From Thermodesulfobacteriota bacterium (lineage in GTDB: Bacteria; Desulfobacterota_D; UBA1144; Nemesobacterales; Mycalebacteriaceae), in assembly GCA_965198945.1 (NCBI GenBank), contig CBDAQI010000011.1, forward strand, positions 1 to 64,000: 64,000 nt of DNA, read 5' to 3'. The position numbers were made by a program, and so were the translations under genes. The notes below the pieces were generated by a model. That model was not told the DNA's origin, made no database searches, and was given only the letters and a program-made list of their open reading frames with translations. How positions within the stretch are numbered: position 1 is the stretch's first letter; each line of letters begins with the position of its first letter. Positions 50,908-61,094 of this stretch are shown piece by piece.

Positions 50908-50970
50908 CGCCCCCCGTGAAAATGATTTCCGGAAAAATCAATTCAAAAAAAATATGAGGTGATTTCTTAA

Positions 50971-51312
<342 letters not shown>

Positions 51313-51340
51313 AATAAAAAACTTAAAGGAGAATTTTAAT

Positions 51341-52687
51341 ATGAACAAAAATCACGATTTGATGAAAAATATCAAAATGGCGGTGAAAAAGGCGCCGAAA
51401 ACTTTTTTGTTTTCTCTTGTAATTTTTGTCGCCGCGGCCGTTAACACATATGCCGCCCCGGAAACCACGCCGGAAATGTTTACGGTTAACAACCTCTGGC
51501 TGCTTCTGGCCACAATTCTGGTCTTTATAATGCACCTTGGTTTTGCGGCTCTTGAAAGCGGCCTGACGAGATCAAAAAACACCGTCAACATACTTTTCAA
51601 AAATGTTTCGGTAATTACGATAGGTATCCTCACTTACGCTTTTTGCGGATTCAATCTTATGTATCCGGGCTTTGCCGAAGGCGCTTCGGGCTTCTTAGGG
51701 TTTGCCGGATTTGGAATTTCCTCTCCCGACGGGGCGGCGGGTCTGATTGGATACGCGGACGGCAGTTATACTTATTTTGCGGACTTTATTTTTCAGGCCA
51801 TGTTTGCCGCCACCGCAGCCACAATAGTTTCGGGAGCTGTTGCGGAAAGAATTAAACTGGGGAGTTTTCTTGTTTTTGCGGTTATTTATGTGGCTTTTGT
51901 ATACCCGGTCGCAGGTTCATGGAAATGGGGCGGCGGATGGCTTGACGCAATGGGTTTTTACGATTTTGCGGGTTCCACCATCGTCCACAGTGTCGGAGGA
52001 TGGGGGGCACTTGTCGGCGCCTTAATGCTCGGGGCGAGGGTAGGAAAATATGTGGACGGAAAAGTCAGGGCTCTTCCCGGACACAGCCTGCCGCTTGCCA
52101 CAATCGGGGTTTTTCTGCTCTGGTTCGGATGGTACGGGTTTAACGGCGGTTCGGTTCTTTCTGCTGATCCGGGTCTTGTTTCTCTTGTGTTTGTAACAAC
52201 TTCACTCGCCGCGGCGGCGGGGGTTGTCGGAGCGATGGGCACAGCCTGGATCATAAACAAAAAACCCGACCTTTCAATGATACTTAACGGCTCTCTCGCG
52301 GGCCTTGTGGGAATCACGGCCGGAGCCGATGTGATAAGTCCCGGAAACTCTTTTGTGGTGGGTTTAATTGCGGGAATTCTCGTTGTTCTGTCGGTAATTT
52401 TTATGGACAGAATCAAAATAGACGACCCGGTCGGGGCAATTTCGGTTCACTTGACATGCGGAATCTGGGGAACTCTTGCCGTGGGAATTTTCAGCACAAA
52501 CCCGGAACATACTTTCTTCAAGCAGATGGCGGGTGTGGTCGCATACGGGGTTTTCTGCACCGTCTTTGCGATACTGATTTTCTTCGCCGTCAAAACGGTA
52601 ATGGGTCTGCGGGTTTCCAGAGAGGAAGAAATTACCGGACTTGATTTGGGTGAACATGGAATGGAAGCATATGATATTCAGAAATAA
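51341..52687 (+). CDS. amtB: Ammonium transporter
   Basis: DFAGS.IVH, LWFGW.GFN.GS, DDP..AI.VH, GLD..EHG. Confidence 0.96.
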   Translation: MNKNHDLMKNIKMAVKKAPKTFLFSLVIFVAAAVNTYAAPETTPEMFTVNNLWLLLATILVFIMHLGFAALESGLTRSKNTVNILFKNVSVITIGILTYAFCGFNLMYPGFAEGASGFLGFAGFGISSPDGAAGLIGYADGSYTYFADFIFQAMFAATAATIVSGAVAERIKLGSFLVFAVIYVAFVYPVAGSWKWGGGWLDAMGFYDFAGSTIVHSVGGWGALVGALMLGARVGKYVDGKVRALPGHSLPLATIGVFLLWFGWYGFNGGSVLSADPGLVSLVFVTTSLAAAAGVVGAMGTAWIINKKPDLSMILNGSLAGLVGITAGADVISPGNSFVVGLIAGILVVLSVIFMDRIKIDDPVGAISVHLTCGIWGTLAVGIFSTNPEHTFFKQMAGVVAYGVFCTVFAILIFFAVKTVMGLRVSREEEITGLDLGEHGMEAYDIQK

Positions 52688-52760
52688 TTTTAACTGAGTA
52701 TTAATTTCCCCGCCCGGGGAATTAAAAAATAAGGGAATTACAAATAGGAGGTAATTAATT

Positions 52761-54119
52761 ATGAGAAAATTTCTCAACGGGCTTTTAATTGTTTTGAGTT
52801 TGCTGGTTGTTCCGCAGCTCGGCGCGCCGGCCGCAAAGGCGGATGTTCCAATGACTCAGTTTGTGGAGGGCGTTAATATTGGAGTGTCGCTTGACACCAC
52901 ATACCAGTATGTCTTCAATTGCGATAAGGAGAAGGTTTCGGAATGTCCGGCCGAAAGGGGTCTTTATGCCGAACACAACGACTTCTCAATAGACGCCTTC
53001 ACACTCTCTCTTGAAAAAGAGGCAGATGGCGCCGGCGTATCTCCGATGGAGAAGATCGGTTTCAGGGCGGACATTCTTTTCGGAGAGCAGGCTGAGTATC
53101 TCGGTTTCGGGTTCAACTCTGACGGAGACGGTTCGGTCAGCCCCTATCAGGCATATGTAAGCGTTGCTCCTTCGGAGAATTTCGGTATCATCGCGGGGCA
53201 GTTCACAACGCTTGCGGGCTGGGAGCTTATAGAAGCCAAGAACAACACCAACATCACCAGAGGTCTTCTGTTCTACAGAATCCCGTTTGCCCACTCGGGA
53301 GTCCGCGCTTCATATAATGCGGGGGCGTTTGACCTGACCTTCGGCATAAGCAATGACTGGGACGCGGTTGACGATGTGAATGACGGAAAGACTTTTGAGT
53401 TTCAAGCGGCTTATTCGCATTCGTCGGAAACCGGGTTTATAAACGATCTGTGGGCCGGAGCAACCGTTTATGTGGGCAAGAGTGAATTTCTGGAGAATCG
53501 TTTTTTGGAAACCAGTGTGTTTGATGCGGAGGGGGACGGCGGTAATGCTATTGTGGAAAACAGGAAACCGGTTGTTAAAGAGAACGATGTGGCGGTGGAA
53601 GAGATTTTCAGGACGGGCGCTGATGTTGCAATACCCCATAAAAACAACACGCGTACTCTCTTAACGCTTGTTACAAGCGTTACGTCCGGGAAATTCACAT
53701 TTGTAGGAGATGCGGAGTTTACATGGGTGCAAGACGGAGTTGCAAAGGGGGTATACACAAAGTTTGACAGCGACAATCCGCGGACGACGACCGTTGAGAC
53801 TTCGTTACTGACCGGATTGAAATACGAGAACTTCTTCCGCTGGGGAGTCGGAGGATACGCAATTTATCAGCCGAACTCCGATATGACCCTTTCCCTCAGG
53901 GCGGAATACGTTGATGACTCCGATACGACGAATGCGGTGAAACTTTTTGAAATAACGCCGACCGTGGGATGGAAGCCTTTTGGCGAAACCGAAATGGGAA
54001 CTCTGGAAACCCGTTTTGAATACCGTATGGACAGAGCCGATATCAAATACTTTCGGAGCGACAGCGGCCTGAAGAAAACACAGCACGCGCTGATTTTTCA
54101 GCTTCTGTATTTCATATAG
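52761..54119 (+). CDS. Outer-membrane beta-barrel porin-like protein
   Basis: Signal peptide; QAYV, G.F.T..G.E.I...N.N.TR.LLF..PF.H.G motifs; C-terminal aromatic strand. Confidence 0.78.
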   Translation: MRKFLNGLLIVLSLLVVPQLGAPAAKADVPMTQFVEGVNIGVSLDTTYQYVFNCDKEKVSECPAERGLYAEHNDFSIDAFTLSLEKEADGAGVSPMEKIGFRADILFGEQAEYLGFGFNSDGDGSVSPYQAYVSVAPSENFGIIAGQFTTLAGWELIEAKNNTNITRGLLFYRIPFAHSGVRASYNAGAFDLTFGISNDWDAVDDVNDGKTFEFQAAYSHSSETGFINDLWAGATVYVGKSEFLENRFLETSVFDAEGDGGNAIVENRKPVVKENDVAVEEIFRTGADVAIPHKNNTRTLLTLVTSVTSGKFTFVGDAEFTWVQDGVAKGVYTKFDSDNPRTTTVETSLLTGLKYENFFRWGVGGYAIYQPNSDMTLSLRAEYVDDSDTTNAVKLFEITPTVGWKPFGETEMGTLETRFEYRMDRADIKYFRSDSGLKKTQHALIFQLLYFI

Positions 54120-54161
54120 AGACGGTCTGATTTACAAAACGGCTCGCGCCTGACTTTCAGG

Positions 54162-54198
54162 AAAAAGCCGACCCCGATTTATTTGCGGTCGGCTTTTT
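54162..54198 (+). terminator. Intrinsic terminator
   Basis: AAAAAGCCGACC...GGTCGGCTTTTT. Confidence 0.8.
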
Positions 54199-54221
54199 CT
54201 ATTGTAAAATGAAACTTTCGC

Positions 54222-54294
<73 letters not shown>

Positions 54295-54386
54295 GTTTTC
54301 CCTTAAAGTGTTGACAATAGCAGTCAATGTTGGGTAGATTTGGAAAGTTAAGTTATTTTATTTAACAAAATTTGAGTGTTTTTGTT

Positions 54387-54800
54387 ATGACTTTTGGAGA
54401 CTATCTGAGAGCAAAGCGCAAGCAGAGAGGCATAACCCAGGGCGCGCTCGCGCACTACCTGGATGTTTCAAAGGTGTATATACACCAGCTTGAGACCGGC
54501 AAGGCCGACTCGCCTTCACGCGAAAGGTGCCACCAGATTGCGCAGTATCTGCGTGTAAGCGTTGAGGAAATATGGAATCTCTCCAGGCGTGAAAAGCTGC
54601 ACAAGTTTATTGAAAAAGAGCTTATTGGTGAGAAAGATCTTGAGATACTCACCGATGAGGAGAGATATCTTGTCAAGTTATACAGGGTTCTTGATGACGA
54701 GGTAAAAAAGGACTTCAATGGGATGGTCTTTATGTTGTTCAAGCATTATGAGAACTCTGAGGCTAAAAAGATACTTGAAGAATTTCTTAAATGCGCCTGA
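54387..54800 (+). CDS. XRE-family HTH transcriptional regulator
   Basis: FGDYLR.KR..RG.TQ..LA..L.VS..YI.QLE.G. Confidence 0.9.
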   Translation: MTFGDYLRAKRKQRGITQGALAHYLDVSKVYIHQLETGKADSPSRERCHQIAQYLRVSVEEIWNLSRREKLHKFIEKELIGEKDLEILTDEERYLVKLYRVLDDEVKKDFNGMVFMLFKHYENSEAKKILEEFLKCA

Positions 54801-55573
54801 TTATAAGTTTTATTGACAGACTAAATCTTTTCTTCAAAATTCTCTTCATAGAAGCCGCCATTTTTTTCCTTATCGGCGCAGTTTTCTACAGCCAGTTCAG
54901 TAGCGCCAAATCCGATGTTATAAGCAAGACCGTTGCGGCTTCGGAGTTAATTGGCGATGAGGCGGCGGAGTTTGCCGTCCACCACCCGAACCCGACAAGT
55001 GAAGAATTCTACAATTTTCTCAGAAACAAGCACGGGGCCGCCGGAGTTTTCAAAACATTCAATGTTGTTCCCTCTTCATTCGGGGTCGTATTCACAAAAG
55101 AAGCCTGGGAGGCAAGGCAGGCAAGAAGCATGTATTCCGACAGAGGCTACGGCGTCAGTGACAAGGGCGGGTTTTTCTCCGTTTCCGTTCCGTTTCTGGT
55201 GGGTGTGGATGGGAACCCATACGGAGTTGTTACGATCAACTCGTCAAAAACACTTATTATGAAACAGGTCTTGAAAGACCACCTTCTTTTGTATCTGGCG
55301 CTTTTTGTTGTTTTGAACAACCAGGTCTTTATTTTGCATTACTTCGCCACAAGGAAACAGAAAAACATAATAGACAAGCACTATGCCAGGCCATACCTTA
55401 AGGTGCATTCCATCGGAGCGCTGAAGGTTATGCGTAAAATACTTGAGGAGATCATTGAAGATCACCCCGGAGAACCGGCAAAGAAAGAGACGGCACATTC
55501 TCCGGAAGACGAAAAAAAAGCCGGATCAAAAAAAATAATTCCCCTTTCCCAATTCCTTTCGAGAAAAAACTGA
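54791..55573 (+). CDS. Hypothetical 2-TM membrane protein with periplasmic sensor-like loop
   Basis: TM - ~125 aa - TM - cytoplasmic tail; overlaps the XRE gene. Confidence 0.7.
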   Translation: MRLIISFIDRLNLFFKILFIEAAIFFLIGAVFYSQFSSAKSDVISKTVAASELIGDEAAEFAVHHPNPTSEEFYNFLRNKHGAAGVFKTFNVVPSSFGVVFTKEAWEARQARSMYSDRGYGVSDKGGFFSVSVPFLVGVDGNPYGVVTINSSKTLIMKQVLKDHLLLYLALFVVLNNQVFILHYFATRKQKNIIDKHYARPYLKVHSIGALKVMRKILEEIIEDHPGEPAKKETAHSPEDEKKAGSKKIIPLSQFLSRKN

Positions 55574-55577
55574 ACAA

Positions 55578-56642
55578 ATGAATCTCTCCCGATTCATGGG
55601 AGTTGAGGGCCGTATCAGCGGATTGTTAAAGCCCGCCGCACCCGCGGTTGGAGTTGATATAGGCTCGCATTCAATCAAGATTGTTGTTTTGAAAAAAGCC
55701 TCCGGAGCCGAGGCGGATTTCTCCGCGACCGCCGGAGAGTTTTTTCTTGATTCCGGTCTGCCTGATTCTGTTGCTTCCGGTCTGTTGTTTTTGCGGGATG
55801 ATTTCGGACTGAGTGGCAGAAAAGCGGCCGTTGCGGTTTCCGGCGGTTCGGTTTTTACAACCCCTTTGAAAGTTCCCGCCTCATGCGCGGGCTGTCCAAA
55901 AATGACGGAAGAGGCGGTTTGCTCTCATTTAAGCAAATTCTTCCCCGGTGGCATGGAAGCCTACGGCTGCGGTTTTTATCAGTATCCGGAAAGTCCGGAA
56001 GATATTGTCGCTGCGGTTGTGAAAAAAGAAGCCGTTTCCGAACGTGCGACCGCTCTTTCAGAATCGGGTATTATTCCCGCCGTTATTGACTATGAAGGAT
56101 TTGCCGTTATTAACGCATACAACCACTCTTTTGAACGGGGTCCGGTCTGCGGCGATTCGGACGGTCTGACGGTTTTGCTCAATATCGGGCATTCGTTAAT
56201 CAATTTCTCAGTTCTTGAAGACTCAAAAACCGTTTTTACAAGAGACATTTTCTACGGTTCCGGCAAACTGACTTCCGAAATTGCTCTTCTGTGCAATATG
56301 AAAGCGGATGAAGCGGAATCCGCAAAAACCTCTCTTTGCGAAACTGACGACACGGGACTTCTGGATGCCGCACGGAATTTCTCTCTAGAGGCGGCTCGGG
56401 AAGTGAGGTGCAATCTTGAGATGTTTGCCGATTTGGAAAATAAAAAAGTTGCAAAAGTGGTTCTTTCGGGCGGAGGCTCGCTTCTTCACGGTTTAAGTGA
56501 CACTTTTTCCGAAATTCTCGGAGCGGATGTTGAATATGCGGATCCTCTAAAAGGTTTTTCCGCCGGGGATGAAGGCTATTTAAGCGGATTGTCACCGAAA
56601 ACCGCCGTTGCGTTTGGTCTCGCGCTCAGAATGACGGATTGA
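55578..56642 (+). CDS. pilM: Type IV pilus assembly protein PilM
   Basis: VGVDIGSHSIK, LNIG, LSGGGS.L.GL, VA.GLALR. Confidence 0.88.
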   Translation: MNLSRFMGVEGRISGLLKPAAPAVGVDIGSHSIKIVVLKKASGAEADFSATAGEFFLDSGLPDSVASGLLFLRDDFGLSGRKAAVAVSGGSVFTTPLKVPASCAGCPKMTEEAVCSHLSKFFPGGMEAYGCGFYQYPESPEDIVAAVVKKEAVSERATALSESGIIPAVIDYEGFAVINAYNHSFERGPVCGDSDGLTVLLNIGHSLINFSVLEDSKTVFTRDIFYGSGKLTSEIALLCNMKADEAESAKTSLCETDDTGLLDAARNFSLEAAREVRCNLEMFADLENKKVAKVVLSGGGSLLHGLSDTFSEILGADVEYADPLKGFSAGDEGYLSGLSPKTAVAFGLALRMTD

Positions 56643-56649
56643 GTGTGAA

Positions 56650-57060
56650 GTGATAAAAATTAACTTTAATAAAAGAAAGATACGCAAAAGACGCCGGATG
56701 GCCTTTGCCATTGGTTGCGTCGCGCTTGCGGCCACTCCCTTTGCATATTTGAAAAGAGTGGAAATTACGGGAGCCGTGCCCGCGCTCGGAAATCAAAAAA
56801 GTGTTGTCCGCAGCCGGACCTCTTCTCCGGAAAAATCCTCCGTGTCATACAAAAGAAAAACCCCCGCGGGAAAAAATTTCAGAGTGGCGGGTTTTGTCAG
56901 GTTCGGCGACAGAGACTTTGCAATGCTCATTTCCAAAGGCCGTACCCTATGGGTGGAGGAGGGGCATAGCGCGTTCGGATTCAAGATAGCAAAAATAGAG
57001 GAGGAGGGGGTTTTCACTGAAAGTGGTCCGGAGACGGATAAAAAGATTTTTTCCCGTTGA
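56650..57060 (+). CDS. Small PilN-N-terminus/PilP-like protein
   Basis: MIKINF plus TM, then beta domain ..AGFV...AML...V.EG....KI.KI..; lies between pilM and pilQ. Confidence 0.6.
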   Translation: MIKINFNKRKIRKRRRMAFAIGCVALAATPFAYLKRVEITGAVPALGNQKSVVRSRTSSPEKSSVSYKRKTPAGKNFRVAGFVRFGDRDFAMLISKGRTLWVEEGHSAFGFKIAKIEEEGVFTESGPETDKKIFSR

Positions 57061-57064
57061 AAAA

Positions 57065-58457
57065 ATGAGAAGAATAAAAGTTTTATTTCCGTTTTTTTTG
57101 TTTCTTCTGCACGGTTTTTATGTTTTCCGGGCCAGCGCCTGCCAAAGACGGTCCCGTTTATGAAAAAGGGGCTCCCTGGGCTTTTGACTTCCGTAATTTA
57201 TCTTTCGGCCCGGACGAGCCCGTCTACAGAGGCGAGAAGGGAACCTTCATATACAGGGGGGCAAATGTCCGCGAGGTCATAAGACAGATAGCAAAAATCG
57301 GCGGTTTCAACATTATCATCACCGGGGATGTGAGCGGAACGGTTGACATGAAACTCAGAGACGTTCCCTGGGATCAGGCGCTCTCCGTTGTGCTTGCCGA
57401 GAGCGGGCTCGGCGCTTTTGTGGAAGGCAGTATAGTTAAAATTTCATCCCTTGAGAGCATAGGAAAAAGGCGCAGGGAAAAATCGGACACGGCTTCGCTT
57501 GTTGAGAAAACCGAGAAGCTTGTTTCCAGGCAGTTTTTCGTAAACTACGCTGCGGCGCGCGACATGGCGGCCGGAGTCAAACCTCTTCTGACAAAGAGGG
57601 GTAGGTTTGCCGTTGATGAAAGAACAAACAGCCTGACAATTCTTGAGACGCCGCTCAATATGGCGAGAATCTCCGAAATCATAGAATCGCTTGACAAACC
57701 CACTCCGAAAATACTTATTGAGTCAAGAATAGTTCAGGCGGGCACTGATTTTTCGCGTGAACTCGGAATTCAGTGGGGAGTTCATTACACAAGCAAAAAA
57801 ACCGGGGCGCGTTTCCCTTCAAACATACAGATTGGAGGGACAAGAATAACAACCCCCTTCGGCAGCGTCGGCGACGGTTTTATAGTTGATATGCCGGCTT
57901 CGGCGGGTTTCGGAAGCGGCGGAACCCTTGGGGTTGTTCTCGGAAATCTTGCCGGAACTTTTGACCTTGATGTGCGGCTTTCCGCGCTTGAAGACAAGGG
58001 AAAGGTGAAAATACTTTCCTCGCCCAAGATCATAACGGTTGACAACTCGGTTGCGAGAATAGAACAGGGAATCTCAATTCCTTTTTCAACCGTGTCGGAG
58101 CAGGGCACGCAAACGGAATTTGCGGATGCGACTTTGAACCTTGAGGTCAGACCCAAAATCACAAACGACGGCAATATATTCATGTATATTTATATTACTG
58201 ACAACTCACCGGACGCCACTTTTTCGGTCGGCTCCCGGCCTTCAATCAGAAGAAACGAAGCGAAAACCAGGGTTCTCGCGGAAGACGGAGAGACTATAGT
58301 CCTTGGCGGAATAGTTACCACAACGGCAAGCAAAATCAGCACTAGAGTGCCTTTTCTTTCTTCAATTCCGCTTCTCGGCGCCGCTTTCAGGAGCTCAAAA
58401 AGGCAAACCGTGGAAAGAGAGCTTATTCTTTTTATAACGCCGCGGATAATTCTTTAG
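57065..58457 (+). CDS. pilQ: Type IV pilus secretin PilQ (signal peptide out of frame by 1 nt)
   Basis: L.DVPWDQAL, DERTNSL, ELGIQWG, S.P..T.DN..A.IEQG, GETIVLGG, VPFL..IP.LG..F, ELILFITPRI. Confidence 0.9.
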
Positions 58458-58465
58458 AGAAAATT

Positions 58466-58705
58466 TTATGAGTCCGGACGGTCTTCCGAAGACGGCAGAA
58501 AACCCGTAATCAAAGCCACGGCGGCCGCCAGCCCGCCGACTCCGCCGATAATTTTGAAATACAGCTCCCAGTTTATGTGTGTGTTCAATGATATGCCGTA
58601 TCCAACTACGAAAAAAATAAAGGCGACTACGGCTATGCTTCCGGGGATATTTCTTCTTAGCATTGTTTTTGAGACCTCCGAGCTGTTGTCCCGCAATTTA
58701 TACAA
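58466..58705 (-). CDS. Hypothetical 2-TM protein (possibly the 3' part of an interrupted gene starting at 58864)
   Basis: Two hydrophobic segments; upstream frame open except one TAA at 58739-58741. Confidence 0.5.
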   Translation of the reverse strand: MYKLRDNSSEVSKTMLRRNIPGSIAVVAFIFFVVGYGISLNTHINWELYFKIIGGVGGLAAAVALITGFLPSSEDRPDS

Positions 58706-58987
58706 ACTGATTTTTATTTCAAGGGATTCCCAATACGCTTATTCCGTGTAGAATAAAAGACGAATGCAAATTTTCTCAGATCCGTTCGGCATCTCAATTT
58801 TTCCAAGTCGTTCCTTAAGCAGCTTTCCGGTTTTTATCGCCCGTCTTTTTCTTCTTGAGGCCATAGGGGTTTGTGCGCAGGGCGGGCGGGTTTCGGGGAT
58901 TGCCGGCGGAGACGCCAAAATCTCCGCTCCCGGAAGTCTTTTGTCCGGGAGAAAGGGGTATCCCGGAATTTCCCCGCGGCGGATAAT

Positions 58988-60733
58988 ATGGCGGTGAAAC
59001 GCACAAGACACCGTCCGGCGCCGGTCTCCGTGCGTGCGCCGAAAAAATCTCCCGGAAAAAAGCCTGCGGAACTCCCGGAACTTTTTCTCGCAAAAGCAGT
59101 AGCTTCGCCCGAAGGCATGGTTCTGGTTCCCAGAAGCCGTGATTTTTCATCTGTTGTCGTTGAAAAATCATCACAGAAACTCAGAAACGGTTTTCTTATT
59201 CTGGTCAGAAATGTCGGCAAACGGAAACAATACGGTAAAGAGCTTGTTCCCGTTGTGAAAGTGGAAAAAATCATAGGCAGAGCGGGGGAGTTTGAAGCCG
59301 AAAAAAAAGCCGTTGAATACAAGTATTCACTTCCCGGAGATTTTCCGGCCGCCGTTTTGAATAATGCTGAAGAGGTTTGCCGGGTGCGTCCTTCGCAGGC
59401 GGCGTCCGGCAGGGTTGATTTAAGAAAAAAGACCATATTCACAATAGACGGTGATGACGCCAAAGACTATGACGACGCCGTCGGCATAAGAAAAAACGGT
59501 TCGGGGTTCACTTTGTGGGTTTGTATCGCCGATGTTTCACACTATGTCAAAAAAGGCGATCCTCTTGACAAAGAAGCGCTTCGGCGCGGCACAAGCGTTT
59601 ATCTTGAGAATCGCGTCATACCGATGCTTCCCGAGACACTTTCAAACGATCTTTGCAGTCTTGTGCCCAATAAAGACCGTCTGACAAAAACCGTTGAGAT
59701 GGAATTTTCCCGCAACGGCGTTCTTGGAGATTTTCACATTTATAACAGTGTAATAAAAAGTTCCGCGCGCCTCACCTATTCGCGTGTTACGGAATTTCTT
59801 AATCGGGGCAAGGCCGGAGACCTCCCGCCTGATATCAGAAACAGTCTCAAGATGATGAAAGACCTTTACATCAAAATGAAAAAACTCAGCCTTGAAAACG
59901 GAGAGCTTGATTTTGAACTGCCGGAGCCGGAAATAATCAGAGGCGCGGACGGCAGTGTGAGTGAGGTGCGCAATGCGGAGAGGGGCGTTGCCAACATGAT
60001 TATTGAGCAGTTTATGATAGCCGCCAACAGAGCGGTCGGCTCGCGTCTTTTTGAGAGCGACGGATGCGGGGTTTACAGAATCCATGAACCTCCGACGGAG
60101 ACTTCCGTTTCCGAACTTTTTTCAGAACTCCGCAGGCTCGGATACAAGGCTCATTTGCCCGAAAACGGCGAGGTCGGCAAATCAATTCAAAAACTGCTTT
60201 ACGATTTCAGAGGCAGAAAACAGGAAAGCGCGGTCAAGATGCTGACGCTGAAATCCCTGCAGAGGGCGGTTTATTCAACGCGCGAAATCGGCCATTTCGG
60301 ACTTGGTATTGAGAGATATTCGCATTTTACTTCTCCCATCAGAAGGTATCCGGATCTTATTGCTCACAGGATGGTTGAATGTCTGGTAAACTGCGGGAAA
60401 ACCGGTTTTTCACGCGATGCTCTTGAGGGTATATGTGAAAAGACTTCGGTTCTTGAGAGAAACGCGGAGAGGGCGGAGAGGGAGATAGTCGGGCTTGAGA
60501 CCGCAAACTTTATGAAAACTCTCAAGGGCAGGGTTTTCACGGGAAAAGTTATCAGCATTCTGCCTTTCGGGATGTTTCTTGAGTTGGGTGAAATTTGCGC
60601 CGAGGGTTTTGTTCCGCGTGAGATGATGAAAAGGGGCGGTCGGAGAAAATGGTTCAATTTGGGTGATGAGGTGAATTTAAGGGTTGTGGGCGCTGATTTG
60701 GAAAAGAGAAGAACTATTATGGAGCCCGTATAA
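58988..60733 (+). CDS. rnr: Ribonuclease R / RNB family exoribonuclease
   Basis: TIDGDDAKDYDDA, IADVS, HFTSPIRRYPD, S1 domain; start uncertain. Confidence 0.92.
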   Translation: MAVKRTRHRPAPVSVRAPKKSPGKKPAELPELFLAKAVASPEGMVLVPRSRDFSSVVVEKSSQKLRNGFLILVRNVGKRKQYGKELVPVVKVEKIIGRAGEFEAEKKAVEYKYSLPGDFPAAVLNNAEEVCRVRPSQAASGRVDLRKKTIFTIDGDDAKDYDDAVGIRKNGSGFTLWVCIADVSHYVKKGDPLDKEALRRGTSVYLENRVIPMLPETLSNDLCSLVPNKDRLTKTVEMEFSRNGVLGDFHIYNSVIKSSARLTYSRVTEFLNRGKAGDLPPDIRNSLKMMKDLYIKMKKLSLENGELDFELPEPEIIRGADGSVSEVRNAERGVANMIIEQFMIAANRAVGSRLFESDGCGVYRIHEPPTETSVSELFSELRRLGYKAHLPENGEVGKSIQKLLYDFRGRKQESAVKMLTLKSLQRAVYSTREIGHFGLGIERYSHFTSPIRRYPDLIAHRMVECLVNCGKTGFSRDALEGICEKTSVLERNAERAEREIVGLETANFMKTLKGRVFTGKVISILPFGMFLELGEICAEGFVPREMMKRGGRRKWFNLGDEVNLRVVGADLEKRRTIMEPV

Positions 60734-60740
60734 AGTCCGG

Positions 60741-60827
60741 CGGAGGGAAGGGGATTCGAACCCCTGAGAGCCCTGAGGCCCCACTGGTTTTCGAGACCAG
60801 CGCCTTCGTCCGCTCGGCCATCCCTCC
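60741..60827 (-). tRNA. tRNA-Ser (CGA), CCA not encoded
   Basis: GGAGGGATGGCCGAGCGG..CTGGTCTCGAAAACCAG, long variable arm, GGTTCGAATCC. Confidence 0.95.
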
Positions 60828-60954
60828 GGGGGTTAAGTTACACACGGCGGGCACTGCGGGCAAATTGCCGTTAGTCTAAATGCCGGATTCCACCCCGTTT
60901 TGATATGAGACAGTTTTTTACATGGGGCACGTTTTTGCGTAAATGATTTTCTTT

Positions 60955-61057
60955 GTCATTCCCAAACTATTTGCCCGTCACTCCCGCAGAATCGGGAGTC
61001 CAGTAATTTAGCTGTATTTCAGCCGGAGTTTATACCCCGAAGGGTAAGGGAATGACA
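60955..61057. repeat. Degenerate dRS3/REP-like inverted pair
   Basis: GTCACTCCCGCAGAATCGGGAGTCCAG at 60977-61003 and ..GGGAATGAC. Confidence 0.7.
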
Positions 61058-61094
61058 ACAGGTGATGACTCAAAGCCATATTGCATAATGGTTT

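Noticed and set aside
50436..50970. Sigma54/NtrC promoter for glnK
   Set aside because: No TGGCAC-N5-TTGC with correct GG-N10-GC spacing found by eye.
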